Shown here piece by piece: positions 10,401 through 18,535 of a DNA stretch of 32,000 nucleotides. Numbering within the stretch: the stretch's first letter is position 1; each line of letters opens with the position of its first letter. Origin of the DNA: Patescibacteria group bacterium (GTDB lineage: Bacteria > Patescibacteriota > Patescibacteriia > 2-01-FULL-39-33). The position numbers and the translations under genes are program-made. The stretch spans positions 120,001 to 152,000 of the forward strand of contig JBAZMW010000003.1 in the NCBI GenBank assembly GCA_041649575.1. The letters run 5' to 3'. The notes under the pieces were generated by a model that ran no database searches, had not been told where the DNA came from, and saw nothing but the letters and a program-made list of their open reading frames with translations.

Positions 10401-13400
10401 GAACGCAAGAACTCCCCTCACGATTATTGCACTTTAAAACCACTAACCTGCTCTGAGCCGGATTAGTGCAGGTATAAATTCCAGCTTCTTCGGTAAAGTT
10501 ATTATCACCGCAGAAAGACGCAACCCTAACCCCCACATCGAAACGAGCGGAAATAACAGCATTCAAACAGGCTTGAGGGTTTTTGACGCCAGGATGCTCA
10601 AGTGTCCAGCCATCGCTCCAAGGAGTTGGGCTTCCCAAGCGAGAACCGAGAGAGCAACTAAGGCCACGCTGACACTCTTCAACAACATACAGATCGTCAT
10701 AAATAATATTTCCACCGAATAGAAAGGACCAAGCATAAATGCCTTGAGTGGCCGAATAAGAAGGCCATTTGCCGCCGCAAGCCGAACAATCAGCTTTACA
10801 GCTACTGCTACAGGCGGCTTGGCAACCGACTTGATTACATTGTTTGTTGACTCTAAACAAATCGCCGTCGCATTCTTCTGGCCAGTCTATTCGGCCATTA
10901 CCACAAAGATTCTCTACTGGAGGAACAAAATTAGTAGTGCTGAAAGCCCAGCCAAACAGAGCCTGGGTGGCCGAACCCCACCCTTCGCTACGAGAACAAT
11001 TTTTGATTAAACGACAACTGCTGTCACAACTAACGGTGCCAGCGGTAAATCCCAACGACTTACAGGTGGTATTGTTTAAATTAGCACCGTCGCATTCCTC
11101 TCCGGAATCAATAATTCCGTCATGATCGCAGGCAGTTATAACTTCACAGGTGCAACTGGTGGTATTACAAGTCAATCCCGATCGGCAGATAGAGACATTG
11201 GGGTTACAGGTGTCGCCAAGAACCCAACCACAGGGCTGACCAACGGCTCCAGAACTTAAAAGAAACAGATAATGATTGCTGAATTCTGCGCCATTATAGA
11301 CGCTGACGTCGGCCCAACCAATTTTATTGGCTGGGACGGTTTCGGTTATTTTCAGGCTGGCCCAATTGGGCTGGGTGACGCCAGAAGGAGAGGTGGTGAC
11401 ATTGGCAAAAGACCAAGCGTTAGTGTTTTGATTCCATTCTTTAAGATACCAAATTAAATTTTGAGCGACAGCCGTTGCCAGAGGAAAATTAACACCATAA
11501 ATATCGGTATTGTCAGCGGCACCGGTGGCGTTAGGGTTAGCGCCATAACCAGGCTGCATTAAACAGATACTGGGCCGGACTCGACTATTAACGTTAAAAT
11601 CATTAATAAGCGGTCCTAGATAATTATTGGTTACATCGGTATAGCCAAATTCATTTTTGACCCTGATCGGGCCACTAACGGCCTCTGGAGGCACGGCAAT
11701 AATAATCTGATTGTCAACCCAGGTGCTTTCACATTTGTTGTTTAATTCTGAAGGAAATTTACCAAGCTTATCGTCGGCATCATCACAGGGATCGCCGTTA
11801 CCGTCGGTATCAGCACCACAGAAACGAACTTCCCCTTGAGTGGGCATTCTGGCAAAAATAAAATCGTCTAAATACAGATTGGTGCCGTTGGCTCCGGTTT
11901 GGCTATCGGCAATATTAAAGATTAATAAGCGATGAGGGTTGCCATTACGATCCTTTAAACGATCTATTTCTGAAGTATAAGTAAAAATAGCTTCGTATTC
12001 CTGCCAGTTGGTATAATTGCCAGCCACCAGCGCGGTAAGAGTCTGTTGGTTGAACGGTTTGGTCTGTATGGGACTGTTCACGCAACAATTAGAAGTGCTT
12101 TCTGTACATCCGCAACGGCCAGGATTGCTCGCACAGTAAACACCCCCCTGAAGAACGCAATTATTATCGGTGTAAACTCCAGCCATTGCCTTGGGCCAAG
12201 ACTGGGAAGCCCAATCATCGGCGCTATAAGCGATTTTGACACTTGCATTTCTGTCTAAAATGCCTTTGTATTTAAATCTTAAAATATACTTATCGCCCAG
12301 ATTAAAATCTAAACTGGAAATATCATAATAAAAAGAGACGTAATTATTGGTGTAGTGATAAGGCCAGTCGATTAAACTGCCATTATTAAACTTACAGGCG
12401 TGATTGGCGGCCGAGCAACCCATGGGTTGATCAGGAAAATCACATATATTGTTTACACTGTCCCACTCACAGCCACGATTAACACCACCGATGACATTTC
12501 TTTTATAAGGATAGGATAAATAAACTCCTACGCCGTTACACAGATCCTCACTACATCTCACCTGATTGACCTGCCAGTTGTTGGGCGGTTCATTGGCAGA
12601 ACGCCAAATTTTAACACTTTTAGAACCGGAAAAATATTCTTCATCCGAGATGCCAACGGTTGAACGAGATTTGGTCAATTTATACCAGTCGGGCGGCAAT
12701 CCTCCAAGAGAACCTGCCTCAAAATCAACGTAGGTTAGGGTATTTACTAAGAGTGAACCGATCTGGGAAAAATTTTTTCCCAAGATAGAAATAAAATTAT
12801 TAGGAGCGCCATTGGGGAGATCATCAGACCAGGTAGCGGGATCGTATCTACTGCTATCACCTTGGGGGTCATCGGCGGGAGAAAGATAGTTGATAATCGG
12901 AGGTTCGACACACTTACAGCTCCCGTCCCAGCAATCATAATGACAAATATCATCGTCGGGCTGACAAGCGGCCAGATTTCTATCGGCATCGCAATCAACT
13001 CCGGCACAAGCACCGCAATAATTGGTTCCCAGGATTTTTGGATCACCCCCGCAATCAATTCCCTCTTCACCTTGGCCGGCATCGCGAGTCCCATTACAAC
13101 AATGACCGGGCCTAACGGTAAAAGACTTGGTATTTTCAGCACTGTTGCTGTCATGATCATAGGCCTTGGCTTTTATTTGCACCCGCTCGCCAACATCGAC
13201 ACCACTGGCGTTCCAATTGACTTGAGCGACTATTGGCGCGCTGCTGTTGGTATCGACCGGATCAGTGCCTATGGCCTGACTGTTGGCAAAAAAATCTACA
13301 TAAGCCACGCCAGCATCGTCGCTAGCTATGGCTCTAATATTATTAGTCCCCGCCCAATAGCTGTCAGGCTTGCAAATGGAACCGGGCTGAACTCTAACCG

Positions 13401-14385
13401 TCGGAGCGGCGGCATCGATTAAAGTCCCGGTGGAGAAGCTGCCGACGCATTGGCTGGGACTTAAGGAACAATCCAGGAGATAGCCACCGCAATTAATGGC
13501 TGTTCCGCTAATAGCAAGATTATAGGTGGCAGCGGCAGAAAAACATTTTAAATTGCCAAAAGGCCCGGGACAGCTGGTACTAGGGGTAAAAGCGGCCACC
13601 GATCCAGTAACGACCAGGCTTCCGCCAACAGTATCGCCATTACAAGTATGATTGTTGGTATCACATGATTCCGAAAGACACTCATTATTATTAGTACAGG
13701 CTTGGCCATTGGTTAGGGTGGCTCCAGCCCGAGTAACCTTCAGATTCGAAATATCAATAGTGTTTTGATCCAAAGGATGATTAAAGAAAAACCTCACTAC
13801 CACATTTCTTAAAGCAATGTCATCCTTGGGTGTGATTTTGGTAGCCACACAGGCGCTGAGAAGGCCGCATTGGGGCGTAGTAGTGTCGCAGACGCTCCAA
13901 TAGCCACTCGCCTGACAGACTTTAGTACCGCAATTATTGGGTCCACAGGCAGCAGTCTCTCCGGGGGTGGTGCAAATCTCTAAATTACCCGAACCGGTGC
14001 CAGTAGCATTTTTCAAAAGATTGATGACAAAAGAGGCGATGGAGAAAGCCGAGAGAACAATAATCAATCCTATAACTGCTGAAATAATAATTTTTTTGGC
14101 CTTTTCGATTTTGCTTTCTTCACCCGAGGCCGTCATCCAGAGGAAGCCGGCATACAAAATTAAAATCAGAAGTACTATGCCAATAATGCCCAAAAAGATT
14201 CGAATAAAATTGACAATGACATCGATTAAATTGGAGTGAGCCAAGCCGCTACCACCAATAGTATCCAAACCAAAGTTGGTCTCTGCTTGGGCCAAAGCCA
14301 AATTAACAAAAGTAAAGACACCGGCGATCACCAACAAGAGAATAATCGCTGTAAAAAATAATTTTTTTTGACTTCCAAAAGTCAT
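4492..14385 (-). CDS. Giant (3297 aa) cysteine-rich surface protein. Contains a signal peptide, a two-helix pilin-like anchor module, Ig-like/IPT-like modules, tandem CGNG..E.GE.CDDGN repeats and a LamG-like lectin domain
   Basis: A single uninterrupted 9.9-kb ORF. The N-terminus is LLLVIAGVFTFVNLALAQAE, then IFLGIIGIVLLILILYAGFLWMTASGEESKIEKAKKIIISAVIGLIIVLSAFSIASFVINLL. Recognisable domain motifs are described in the findings. All antisense ORFs within it are short. Confidence 0.9.
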   Translation of the reverse strand: MTFGSQKKLFFTAIILLLVIAGVFTFVNLALAQAETNFGLDTIGGSGLAHSNLIDVIVNFIRIFLGIIGIVLLILILYAGFLWMTASGEESKIEKAKKIIISAVIGLIIVLSAFSIASFVINLLKNATGTGSGNLEICTTPGETAACGPNNCGTKVCQASGYWSVCDTTTPQCGLLSACVATKITPKDDIALRNVVVRFFFNHPLDQNTIDISNLKVTRAGATLTNGQACTNNNECLSESCDTNNHTCNGDTVGGSLVVTGSVAAFTPSTSCPGPFGNLKCFSAAATYNLAISGTAINCGGYLLDCSLSPSQCVGSFSTGTLIDAAAPTVRVQPGSICKPDSYWAGTNNIRAIASDDAGVAYVDFFANSQAIGTDPVDTNSSAPIVAQVNWNASGVDVGERVQIKAKAYDHDSNSAENTKSFTVRPGHCCNGTRDAGQGEEGIDCGGDPKILGTNYCGACAGVDCDADRNLAACQPDDDICHYDCWDGSCKCVEPPIINYLSPADDPQGDSSRYDPATWSDDLPNGAPNNFISILGKNFSQIGSLLVNTLTYVDFEAGSLGGLPPDWYKLTKSRSTVGISDEEYFSGSKSVKIWRSANEPPNNWQVNQVRCSEDLCNGVGVYLSYPYKRNVIGGVNRGCEWDSVNNICDFPDQPMGCSAANHACKFNNGSLIDWPYHYTNNYVSFYYDISSLDFNLGDKYILRFKYKGILDRNASVKIAYSADDWASQSWPKAMAGVYTDNNCVLQGGVYCASNPGRCGCTESTSNCCVNSPIQTKPFNQQTLTALVAGNYTNWQEYEAIFTYTSEIDRLKDRNGNPHRLLIFNIADSQTGANGTNLYLDDFIFARMPTQGEVRFCGADTDGNGDPCDDADDKLGKFPSELNNKCESTWVDNQIIIAVPPEAVSGPIRVKNEFGYTDVTNNYLGPLINDFNVNSRVRPSICLMQPGYGANPNATGAADNTDIYGVNFPLATAVAQNLIWYLKEWNQNTNAWSFANVTTSPSGVTQPNWASLKITETVPANKIGWADVSVYNGAEFSNHYLFLLSSGAVGQPCGWVLGDTCNPNVSICRSGLTCNTTSCTCEVITACDHDGIIDSGEECDGANLNNTTCKSLGFTAGTVSCDSSCRLIKNCSRSEGWGSATQALFGWAFSTTNFVPPVENLCGNGRIDWPEECDGDLFRVNKQCNQVGCQAACSSSCKADCSACGGKWPSYSATQGIYAWSFLFGGNIIYDDLYVVEECQRGLSCSLGSRLGSPTPWSDGWTLEHPGVKNPQACLNAVISARFDVGVRVASFCGDNNFTEEAGIYTCTNPAQSRLVVLKCNNREGSSCVRVTSGALKVKTDNNDRNKDYFVFTPTTNLDPGSWYKVVLLQGISSEAGKVIKDETAASARAEDRFCKVNYGGGNTNNAAYCWNFETRADDDSDKICPEGCVECSPDPSWMYWPAAETNYSANLDSADNACLILNPNSYSWSWSTDTSNRVQLDDRVGAEEKGLALNETMHDNPKFTKVIASLNSAGKNDYCEAHIDFTNPYIVEDDNCSSGNIQSPTPWPNSRDAYINAMLGVRFSKNMFNGSLVAGSFILQKCGSETEFNVSGCDEEVNLSSIDIFSYSPEIDASGLTREEIINRLNLLNEHGLPEGVVITPSSNFDAFTWYRIIILGGENGVRGEAASGLSEGILMTDNSFNEEVRTGWDYIPSGQTAGDGQDDYYWIFKTGNQLGKINSVSVNPHLKFMPLTDDTQIYKAWPQAANCNILNPASYVWNWRSLIKLADDSQETNSTGGTGIAVAGICNKDATSCDGYADPAVNTTKVFAKTEGDTNIKARAKNTRDQDCSWNDSNCGDRWGFGQLFIGFENLRITSRYPSCDNSGVNPNYISEGICTNSVVGLDFSLDVDMNTFLANDDIILFKEGAVGGEQSLTITEPTAGSQRYTKNIRLTRSGGDLLDSTSTYRVVVKGGADGVIAWNGKQLASLNYVTGGRGEDCDKNAYPWNTVSGVCTDNCLLNPASDLCNISGGRFKQCSDTDSNNAVDYCDTTCHNLGNNNTASCGDGLVKAGIEECDDGNTTGDDGCGVDCKLEGANQKYGSLCGNKKIETGEGCDDGNTSSGDGCDSKCLPESGRPAGSRPNAPICGNGKIESGESCDDGNTTGGDGCGPTCLRTGSASGAVCGNGKVETGQPDSYSWRFKTLDKPCEVGRVQVLPQKLIINSVGVLPQAHWANPYSASSACNKEGQLLSPICYNWSWGTWNRPLGTYYSIDKYLPPDAVRNNLTCAAGGHPLAWGANYKALDSITDGLIQYITAKISGGKSCGDTGDCGELEVQCSFCNTGGERDLDNVCSDINNKGVGKDCCCHWRPIATPISPTNICPNEVIDIKFTAADGSNINMDMESLTTTTMSTLSGEWNNLNVRLYESPVPSGLNIFGLGKNNFLARFLLKAGNVLAKLFGQGLPAQANPTDLIPIKASAVNLGGATHLLITPQRLLDKNKDYVVWVNGDGDTGDGSRRGVLSQWGVSMSGDKLFTFHTLNQEYCRVEKVFVYAQPPVEFKGPVTDDTFFCKGDDCGKNTSEDLLDDDVSANWNTNYPAQYQAANLVGNQHFYWAKAADVTGNHILNANYKWEIVGPRLLAVDNSSSPQIADWNQTVEGFQSVFVTAYGNNTVNGSTAVRVTASGVVSGAGSAATSVFERVFICDNPWPQIGDFPFRDFIGSASIPAATPITNFETYYCRDRGEAALVDDLPSLNRVAISGREDIIKEFLLTNKDNPLQVKDRVGFNNLAILGSVELVTGEQGRAAKFLGRTADYLTAIDASGNPTNPFNAITGELTVSALVNLSEASLGAGRVIAGNYYWNSNPRLERGWLLGKAIGQEDSLDFIVFDASGNTSLVKYDNFFRDYGNKWVKITAAFKPGKYLKIFINGIQVAKEENNIISGVAYQAGVPFRIGHRADTADQGMWQGYIDEVKIYNKAEPQTDDDGLISYYSFEDASDAIGLRVIKNPNHYSPLVWYQQTFDPKKQGQPKSLTVDGYQAVSEGRTTYVAGADLDNNANNIYTSIYLVSYSQDASGDTKEIYKQLVNNFQLNAGVTADINGGLQDRFGSCSKDNSKKCLVDNQCSKGGFGYCSSDKAKLTRDAKRISDIQEFNLLLDNYYNQKRCANDHQKLCYNSFSCYGGASCGNYYPPLLSGTYVVNRTYSVWPSWQATLANALGKALPADPLNKLEGCAGDYDPATCWDKINKKMQCPTDAYVYSYYVLKDPIDGLIGKKKNIFANGEYNKDGTKWLPAWSSVELINKNTDNANIFGGLNTADFCH
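7874..8260 (-). repeat. Tandem cysteine-rich repeats inside the giant gene (3 full units plus 1 partial)
   Basis: The protein reads CGDGLVKAGIEECDDGNTTGDDGCGVDCKLE / CGNKKIETGEGCDDGNTSSGDGCDSKCLPE / CGNGKIESGESCDDGNTTGGDGCGPTCLRT / CGNGKVETG. Units 1 and 3 share an identical DNA run of about 25 nt (tgcgatgatggcaatacaaccggtg). Confidence 0.85.
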
Positions 14386-14420
14386 GATTAAAGACTAAGA
14401 TTATCTAAAAACAATTTTGA

Positions 14421-17400
14421 TTAACGCATAACTCCCAAACAACATTCATTGCCGCTGGCCAGTCCCTTGGTGATTATCCATAAACCGGGCTTGTCGTCCG
14501 GATGAGCCGTATCCTTTTCACAAGCATTAGAATTACTATTGCCTTCCGAACCTCCGACCTCTGAACAAGTCTTCCAATTGGAATCGTTTGTCGGACGACA
14601 TTGACCAAAACAGCAACCGGTACGACCGCTGGCATCGGCCGTGGATTTATCCTTGGAGATTACCCAGCTGCCGGAGAGATAACTAAGAGGAGTGTTGGGA
14701 TTATAATAAGAAACAAAACAAATTTTATTGCTATTATAATCACAGACGCTAGCGCCATTAATACTACTGCAATTTAAACGACCATAAGAGGCCGGGTTGG
14801 GCAATTTGACTTGAGCATTGACCAAATCGGCGTCTCTGACGCAACCAACCGTATTATTACTGCCAACGGATTCATAGCCACAAGCATTGGTTGATCCGGT
14901 GACCCCGGCTTCAGCAGCATTTTTGGGGCCACCAGCCGGCAAAAAGCAGTTTTGGGTAACCGACTGAACACCCGAACCAGACAAAGGGCCATACTCAACG
15001 TTTGGATCAAAGGGATTATGGCTAATCAAAGCCTCGGTGTACTCGGCCCAACCATCATTATTATTGTCTCGATCGGCCTGGCTAAGCCAATAACCCACCG
15101 CTATCTGATTTTGTGTCAGGGTCTCAAGAGCAATATAGCGCTGGGCCTTGTCTTTGTCAGTAGAACCATAATTCCAACCCGGTTTGATGGTATAACTGCG
15201 CATCAAGCGATCAAAAGTCAAGTGAATCAATTCGTTACGGTCAGAAACTGACATTTGAGAAACCGGACTAATGGTTTTTAATAGTGGCGCTTTAATGTCA
15301 ATTTCGCTTGATAACTTAAAAGACCAAGTAAAATCATCGCCAAAACCAGAAACGGCAAAAATCGGAGTTGAAGAACTATAACTAATGACTCGATTACCAA
15401 GACTGTAACAATTGCTAATGCCAATTCCTCCACTACAAATTATGCCTTCATTTAGATTGTAAGCAGTTCGACCCGATTGACCATTGCCATTTTGTGATTT
15501 GCCCTGAGCCAGCCCAACCCGCTGGCCATCATTATCCAAATAATAGTCAAAGCTACCATTAAAAGCGTTTTTGGACATATCCACCAAACCCGAGGCAGAG
15601 GTTCTGGCGAGCGGATAGAAAACGGTTTTAGAGCCAATGGTTTTTTGACAACGACCATGGCCATCACTAGCGCCTCCCCACTGAACGCATTTGGCGTCGG
15701 CACTATCTATTAGATCAGAGGAGATTAAATTAATGGAATATGAGGTTGAAGTGGCAATCTCTCCGGCAGCCAAGCTGGCTATGGGCCAACAAGTCATCTC
15801 ATCGCCGCAGCTATTAGTCGCTCCACAAGAAGCGCTTGGCTTTAGACCAACGGTGTGATACTGATTGGAAAATTCCAAAACAAACTGGTCGTTATTAAGA
15901 TTTTGCCAAGTGTTATCGCTTTGTCTGAGACCAACTTTTATACTATCGTGCGTTATCGATAGAGGGTTGATGGCCTCGTTGAAGGTAACCTGAAAAATAG
16001 TATTTCTAAAAGGGTCGGCTAACCCCTTAACCGCTCTTTGGCTAGAGGCGTCCTGCGCCGGAGTAATATTGGAAAAAACTACTGACGCTGGTGTATTTTT
16101 GCCAGTAAATCTTAAATTATATCTATTGGCTATAGAACCGGTGGTCTTGGTTTGCAAATCGCTACCAGCTCCAGCTTCAAAAATATTAGAAGCTATCAGC
16201 TTGTTTTTTATCGCCTGCCTATCGGTAGTGGCATTATTAGTGACTGCGATATCTTTACCAAGAATATAAGTATTGATCGCATTATTATTTTCCAAAATTT
16301 CAATTTTGTCGCCGGCCTGAGAAGCTGTGACATTAAAAGTCCAGTTAGTAACGCCGCTGGGCGAAGCAGCCAGAATAAACGTCAAACCATAGGGACCGAT
16401 ATTAACCGTGCGACTAGAGGCGGAATATGGGCCATTATTAACATCGTTCATACCGCCAGGCCAATTGACATCAACTTTATTATTATTAGCGTCAATAGAG
16501 ACAACGACAGCGCCGCTAGCTGAACCACCATAGCTGCCAGTAAGACTGGCGGCTGGAGCATTAGGATTGGTGCTTGATGGTTGTGTGTAACCTTGATCAA
16601 CCTGGGGGGTGATAGTATTAAGAACCGTTAAGTTGAACTTGCTAACCGTGGGGGCGGAGGGAGAACTATAAACATCACCCTCGCCGTCGGGATAAGGATA
16701 AACACCAGTAATATCGACTATCTCCGGCGGATCTAAGTCTAATTCTCCATTGGTAGTAAAATCCCAAAGATATTGTTTATTGATCAGGGAATTGAAAACC
16801 GAACGATCCGGTTCTTGAACCGATCTGACGCCTTCCTGCAAAGTCACCTGAAAGCGGCGATTAATTTTATCTTCCGCGCCCAGATAGGTCTCTGGCGTAA
16901 AAACAAAAGTCTTGTTGTCACTACTGGCAACCATCGTATTGTCGTAGCTGTCGAAACCAAAAGGATCGGTACTGGGAACGCAATTATTCTGATTGTCGAG
17001 TAAACAAATTTTAACATTTTTTATTCTTTCGTTGTCGCACCTACCATCACTATTAGAGTCATCACAAATGGTATCGGATTTAATTGGTACTTTAAAAGTA
17101 ACCGCTATAATTGTGTTGATTGGCACCTCTGTCTGGCCCGGGGTCGGATAAACGCTTTCGATTGGTCCGCGCCCAATACCCCAGCGACCGGGATCAATCG
17201 TCGGGCCACCGGGAGTGGTTCCCGGACCGCCGCCAAAGGTGGCGCCGGTTAGTATTCTTAAAACAAAAGTTACAATACTGAAAGCCGAAAGAATAATAAT
17301 AAAGCCAATAATCGCTTGGGTCATTATCTTTTTGGCCTTTTCGATTTTGCTTTCTTCGCCCGCGGCCGTCATCCATAAGAAACCGGCGTAAAGAATCAGT

Positions 17401-17654
17401 AGCAACAAAATAATTCCTAAAACGCCTAAAATCGCCTGGATAATTCTGGCTATCACTACCCTCAAATCGGTCTGGGGCAAAGCCGAATTAAGGTTGCTTA
17501 GGCCAAAATTAGTATCGACGGGATTGGCCGGAGAAGCTGCTGCTAACTGCGGCACAGCTACTAGTAACAAAAAAACTACCAAAAAAATTGCCAAAAACAG
17601 CTTTCTGGTAGTTAGCGACGACCTTTGCATGGAAAAAAGTCGCGACTTAATCAT
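14421..17654 (-). CDS. Large (1077 aa) surface protein with the same N-terminal two-helix pilin-like module, Ig-like modules and a Cys-rich C-terminus
   Basis: 1077-aa ORF. The N-terminus is FLAIFLVVFLLLVAVPQLAAAS, then ILGVLGIILLLLILYAGFLWMTAAGEESKIEKAKKIMTQAIIGFIIILSAFSIVTFVLRIL. An SbsA/Big_5-like segment reads IESVYPTPGQTEVPINTIIAVTFKVPI. The start could be the Met 8 codons downstream. Confidence 0.88.
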   Translation of the reverse strand: MIKSRLFSMQRSSLTTRKLFLAIFLVVFLLLVAVPQLAAASPANPVDTNFGLSNLNSALPQTDLRVVIARIIQAILGVLGIILLLLILYAGFLWMTAAGEESKIEKAKKIMTQAIIGFIIILSAFSIVTFVLRILTGATFGGGPGTTPGGPTIDPGRWGIGRGPIESVYPTPGQTEVPINTIIAVTFKVPIKSDTICDDSNSDGRCDNERIKNVKICLLDNQNNCVPSTDPFGFDSYDNTMVASSDNKTFVFTPETYLGAEDKINRRFQVTLQEGVRSVQEPDRSVFNSLINKQYLWDFTTNGELDLDPPEIVDITGVYPYPDGEGDVYSSPSAPTVSKFNLTVLNTITPQVDQGYTQPSSTNPNAPAASLTGSYGGSASGAVVVSIDANNNKVDVNWPGGMNDVNNGPYSASSRTVNIGPYGLTFILAASPSGVTNWTFNVTASQAGDKIEILENNNAINTYILGKDIAVTNNATTDRQAIKNKLIASNIFEAGAGSDLQTKTTGSIANRYNLRFTGKNTPASVVFSNITPAQDASSQRAVKGLADPFRNTIFQVTFNEAINPLSITHDSIKVGLRQSDNTWQNLNNDQFVLEFSNQYHTVGLKPSASCGATNSCGDEMTCWPIASLAAGEIATSTSYSINLISSDLIDSADAKCVQWGGASDGHGRCQKTIGSKTVFYPLARTSASGLVDMSKNAFNGSFDYYLDNDGQRVGLAQGKSQNGNGQSGRTAYNLNEGIICSGGIGISNCYSLGNRVISYSSSTPIFAVSGFGDDFTWSFKLSSEIDIKAPLLKTISPVSQMSVSDRNELIHLTFDRLMRSYTIKPGWNYGSTDKDKAQRYIALETLTQNQIAVGYWLSQADRDNNNDGWAEYTEALISHNPFDPNVEYGPLSGSGVQSVTQNCFLPAGGPKNAAEAGVTGSTNACGYESVGSNNTVGCVRDADLVNAQVKLPNPASYGRLNCSSINGASVCDYNSNKICFVSYYNPNTPLSYLSGSWVISKDKSTADASGRTGCCFGQCRPTNDSNWKTCSEVGGSEGNSNSNACEKDTAHPDDKPGLWIITKGLASGNECCLGVMR

Positions 17655-17708
17655 AAATTTTAATTATTTTTATTTAGGTTGTAAAAAATTATCAGCCAGA
17701 TCGCCGGC

Positions 17709-18167
17709 CTACTTATTTAGTTCTTCTTTAACCAGACGAGAAACCAGCTGGCCATCTGCTTGAACGCCTAATTGTTTCATTACTTGCCCCATAACTTTGC
17801 CAAAATCGGCTGGACCGACAGGGCCGGCAGCGGCAATTACCTCTTTAACTATTCCCAAAACCTGCTCCTGGGAGAGCTGCGGCGGCAAATATTTATTTAA
17901 AATATCGATCTCCGCCTGTTCCTTACCCACCAAGTCATCACGCTTAGCGGCCTGATAGGACTCCACCGAATCCTTGCGTTTTTTTATTTCGCTTTTCAAA
18001 ACCGCTACCACCTCCTCGTCTGGAAGAAAATCTTCTTTGGGCAATGTTTTTTCAATTTTTTTATTTTGCAGAGCGGCCTTCAACATTCTTAAAGTAGAAA
18101 CCAGGGATTCTTCTCTGGCTTTTAAGGCGACGAGAAAATCTTCTTCTATTTTTTTTTGTAAAGACAT
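17709..18167 (-). CDS. yqeY: GatB/YqeY domain-containing protein
   Basis: From Met25 of the 176-aa ORF the protein reads MSLQKKIEEDFLVALKAREESLVSTLRMLKAALQNKKIE...ADFGKVMGQVMKQLGVQADGQLVSRLVKEEL, typical of YqeY. It lies downstream of rpsU, as in many bacteria. The upstream 24 codons look non-native. Confidence 0.8.
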   Translation of the reverse strand: MSLQKKIEEDFLVALKAREESLVSTLRMLKAALQNKKIEKTLPKEDFLPDEEVVAVLKSEIKKRKDSVESYQAAKRDDLVGKEQAEIDILNKYLPPQLSQEQVLGIVKEVIAAAGPVGPADFGKVMGQVMKQLGVQADGQLVSRLVKEELNK

Positions 18168-18270
18168 GATTTTGTTAAAATAATTAACTCCTTTTGGGAT
18201 GTCCCTCAAATGGCTGCAAACTTGCCTTGGATAAAACAAATTTGCAGATGATTTGTGGACTTCCGGAGCT

Positions 18271-18513
18271 TTAACGATCTCTGGAATCTTCTACTAATTT
18301 ACCAATTTTTTTCAGATACTCTCGCTTCTGATTGATCTTATCGCGTCTGGCGGCAGCAGCTCTAACGGCTGTTTTATTTTTTTTACGTTCGTGATAACGT
18401 ATTTTTCGCGACTGAATCAACCGACCGCTTTGCTGAATTTTTTTGTTAAATCTTCTAACCAACGCTTCAAAGGTTTCTCCCCTTTTTCTTCTAACCTCGG
18501 CCACAAAACTCAC
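18271..18513 (-). CDS. rpsU: 30S ribosomal protein S21
   Basis: 80-aa highly basic ORF reading VRRKRGETFEALVRRFNKKIQQSGRLIQSRKIRYHERKKNK. This matches the S21 pattern (E.fe.AlrRFkk...G.l.e.r.r..yE.p). Confidence 0.85.
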   Translation of the reverse strand: MSFVAEVRRKRGETFEALVRRFNKKIQQSGRLIQSRKIRYHERKKNKTAVRAAAARRDKINQKREYLKKIGKLVEDSRDR

Positions 18514-18535
18514 CTCTCTTTCTAAAAATTTTATC

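Noticed and set aside
4590-14239. Numerous 60-190-aa ORFs on both strands inside the giant gene (for example 12862..13422 +, 12747..13160 -, 6992..7351 +)
   Set aside because: All lie within the single 9.9-kb ORF, which has recognisable domains. Their translations are low complexity. They are best explained as frame or antisense shadows.
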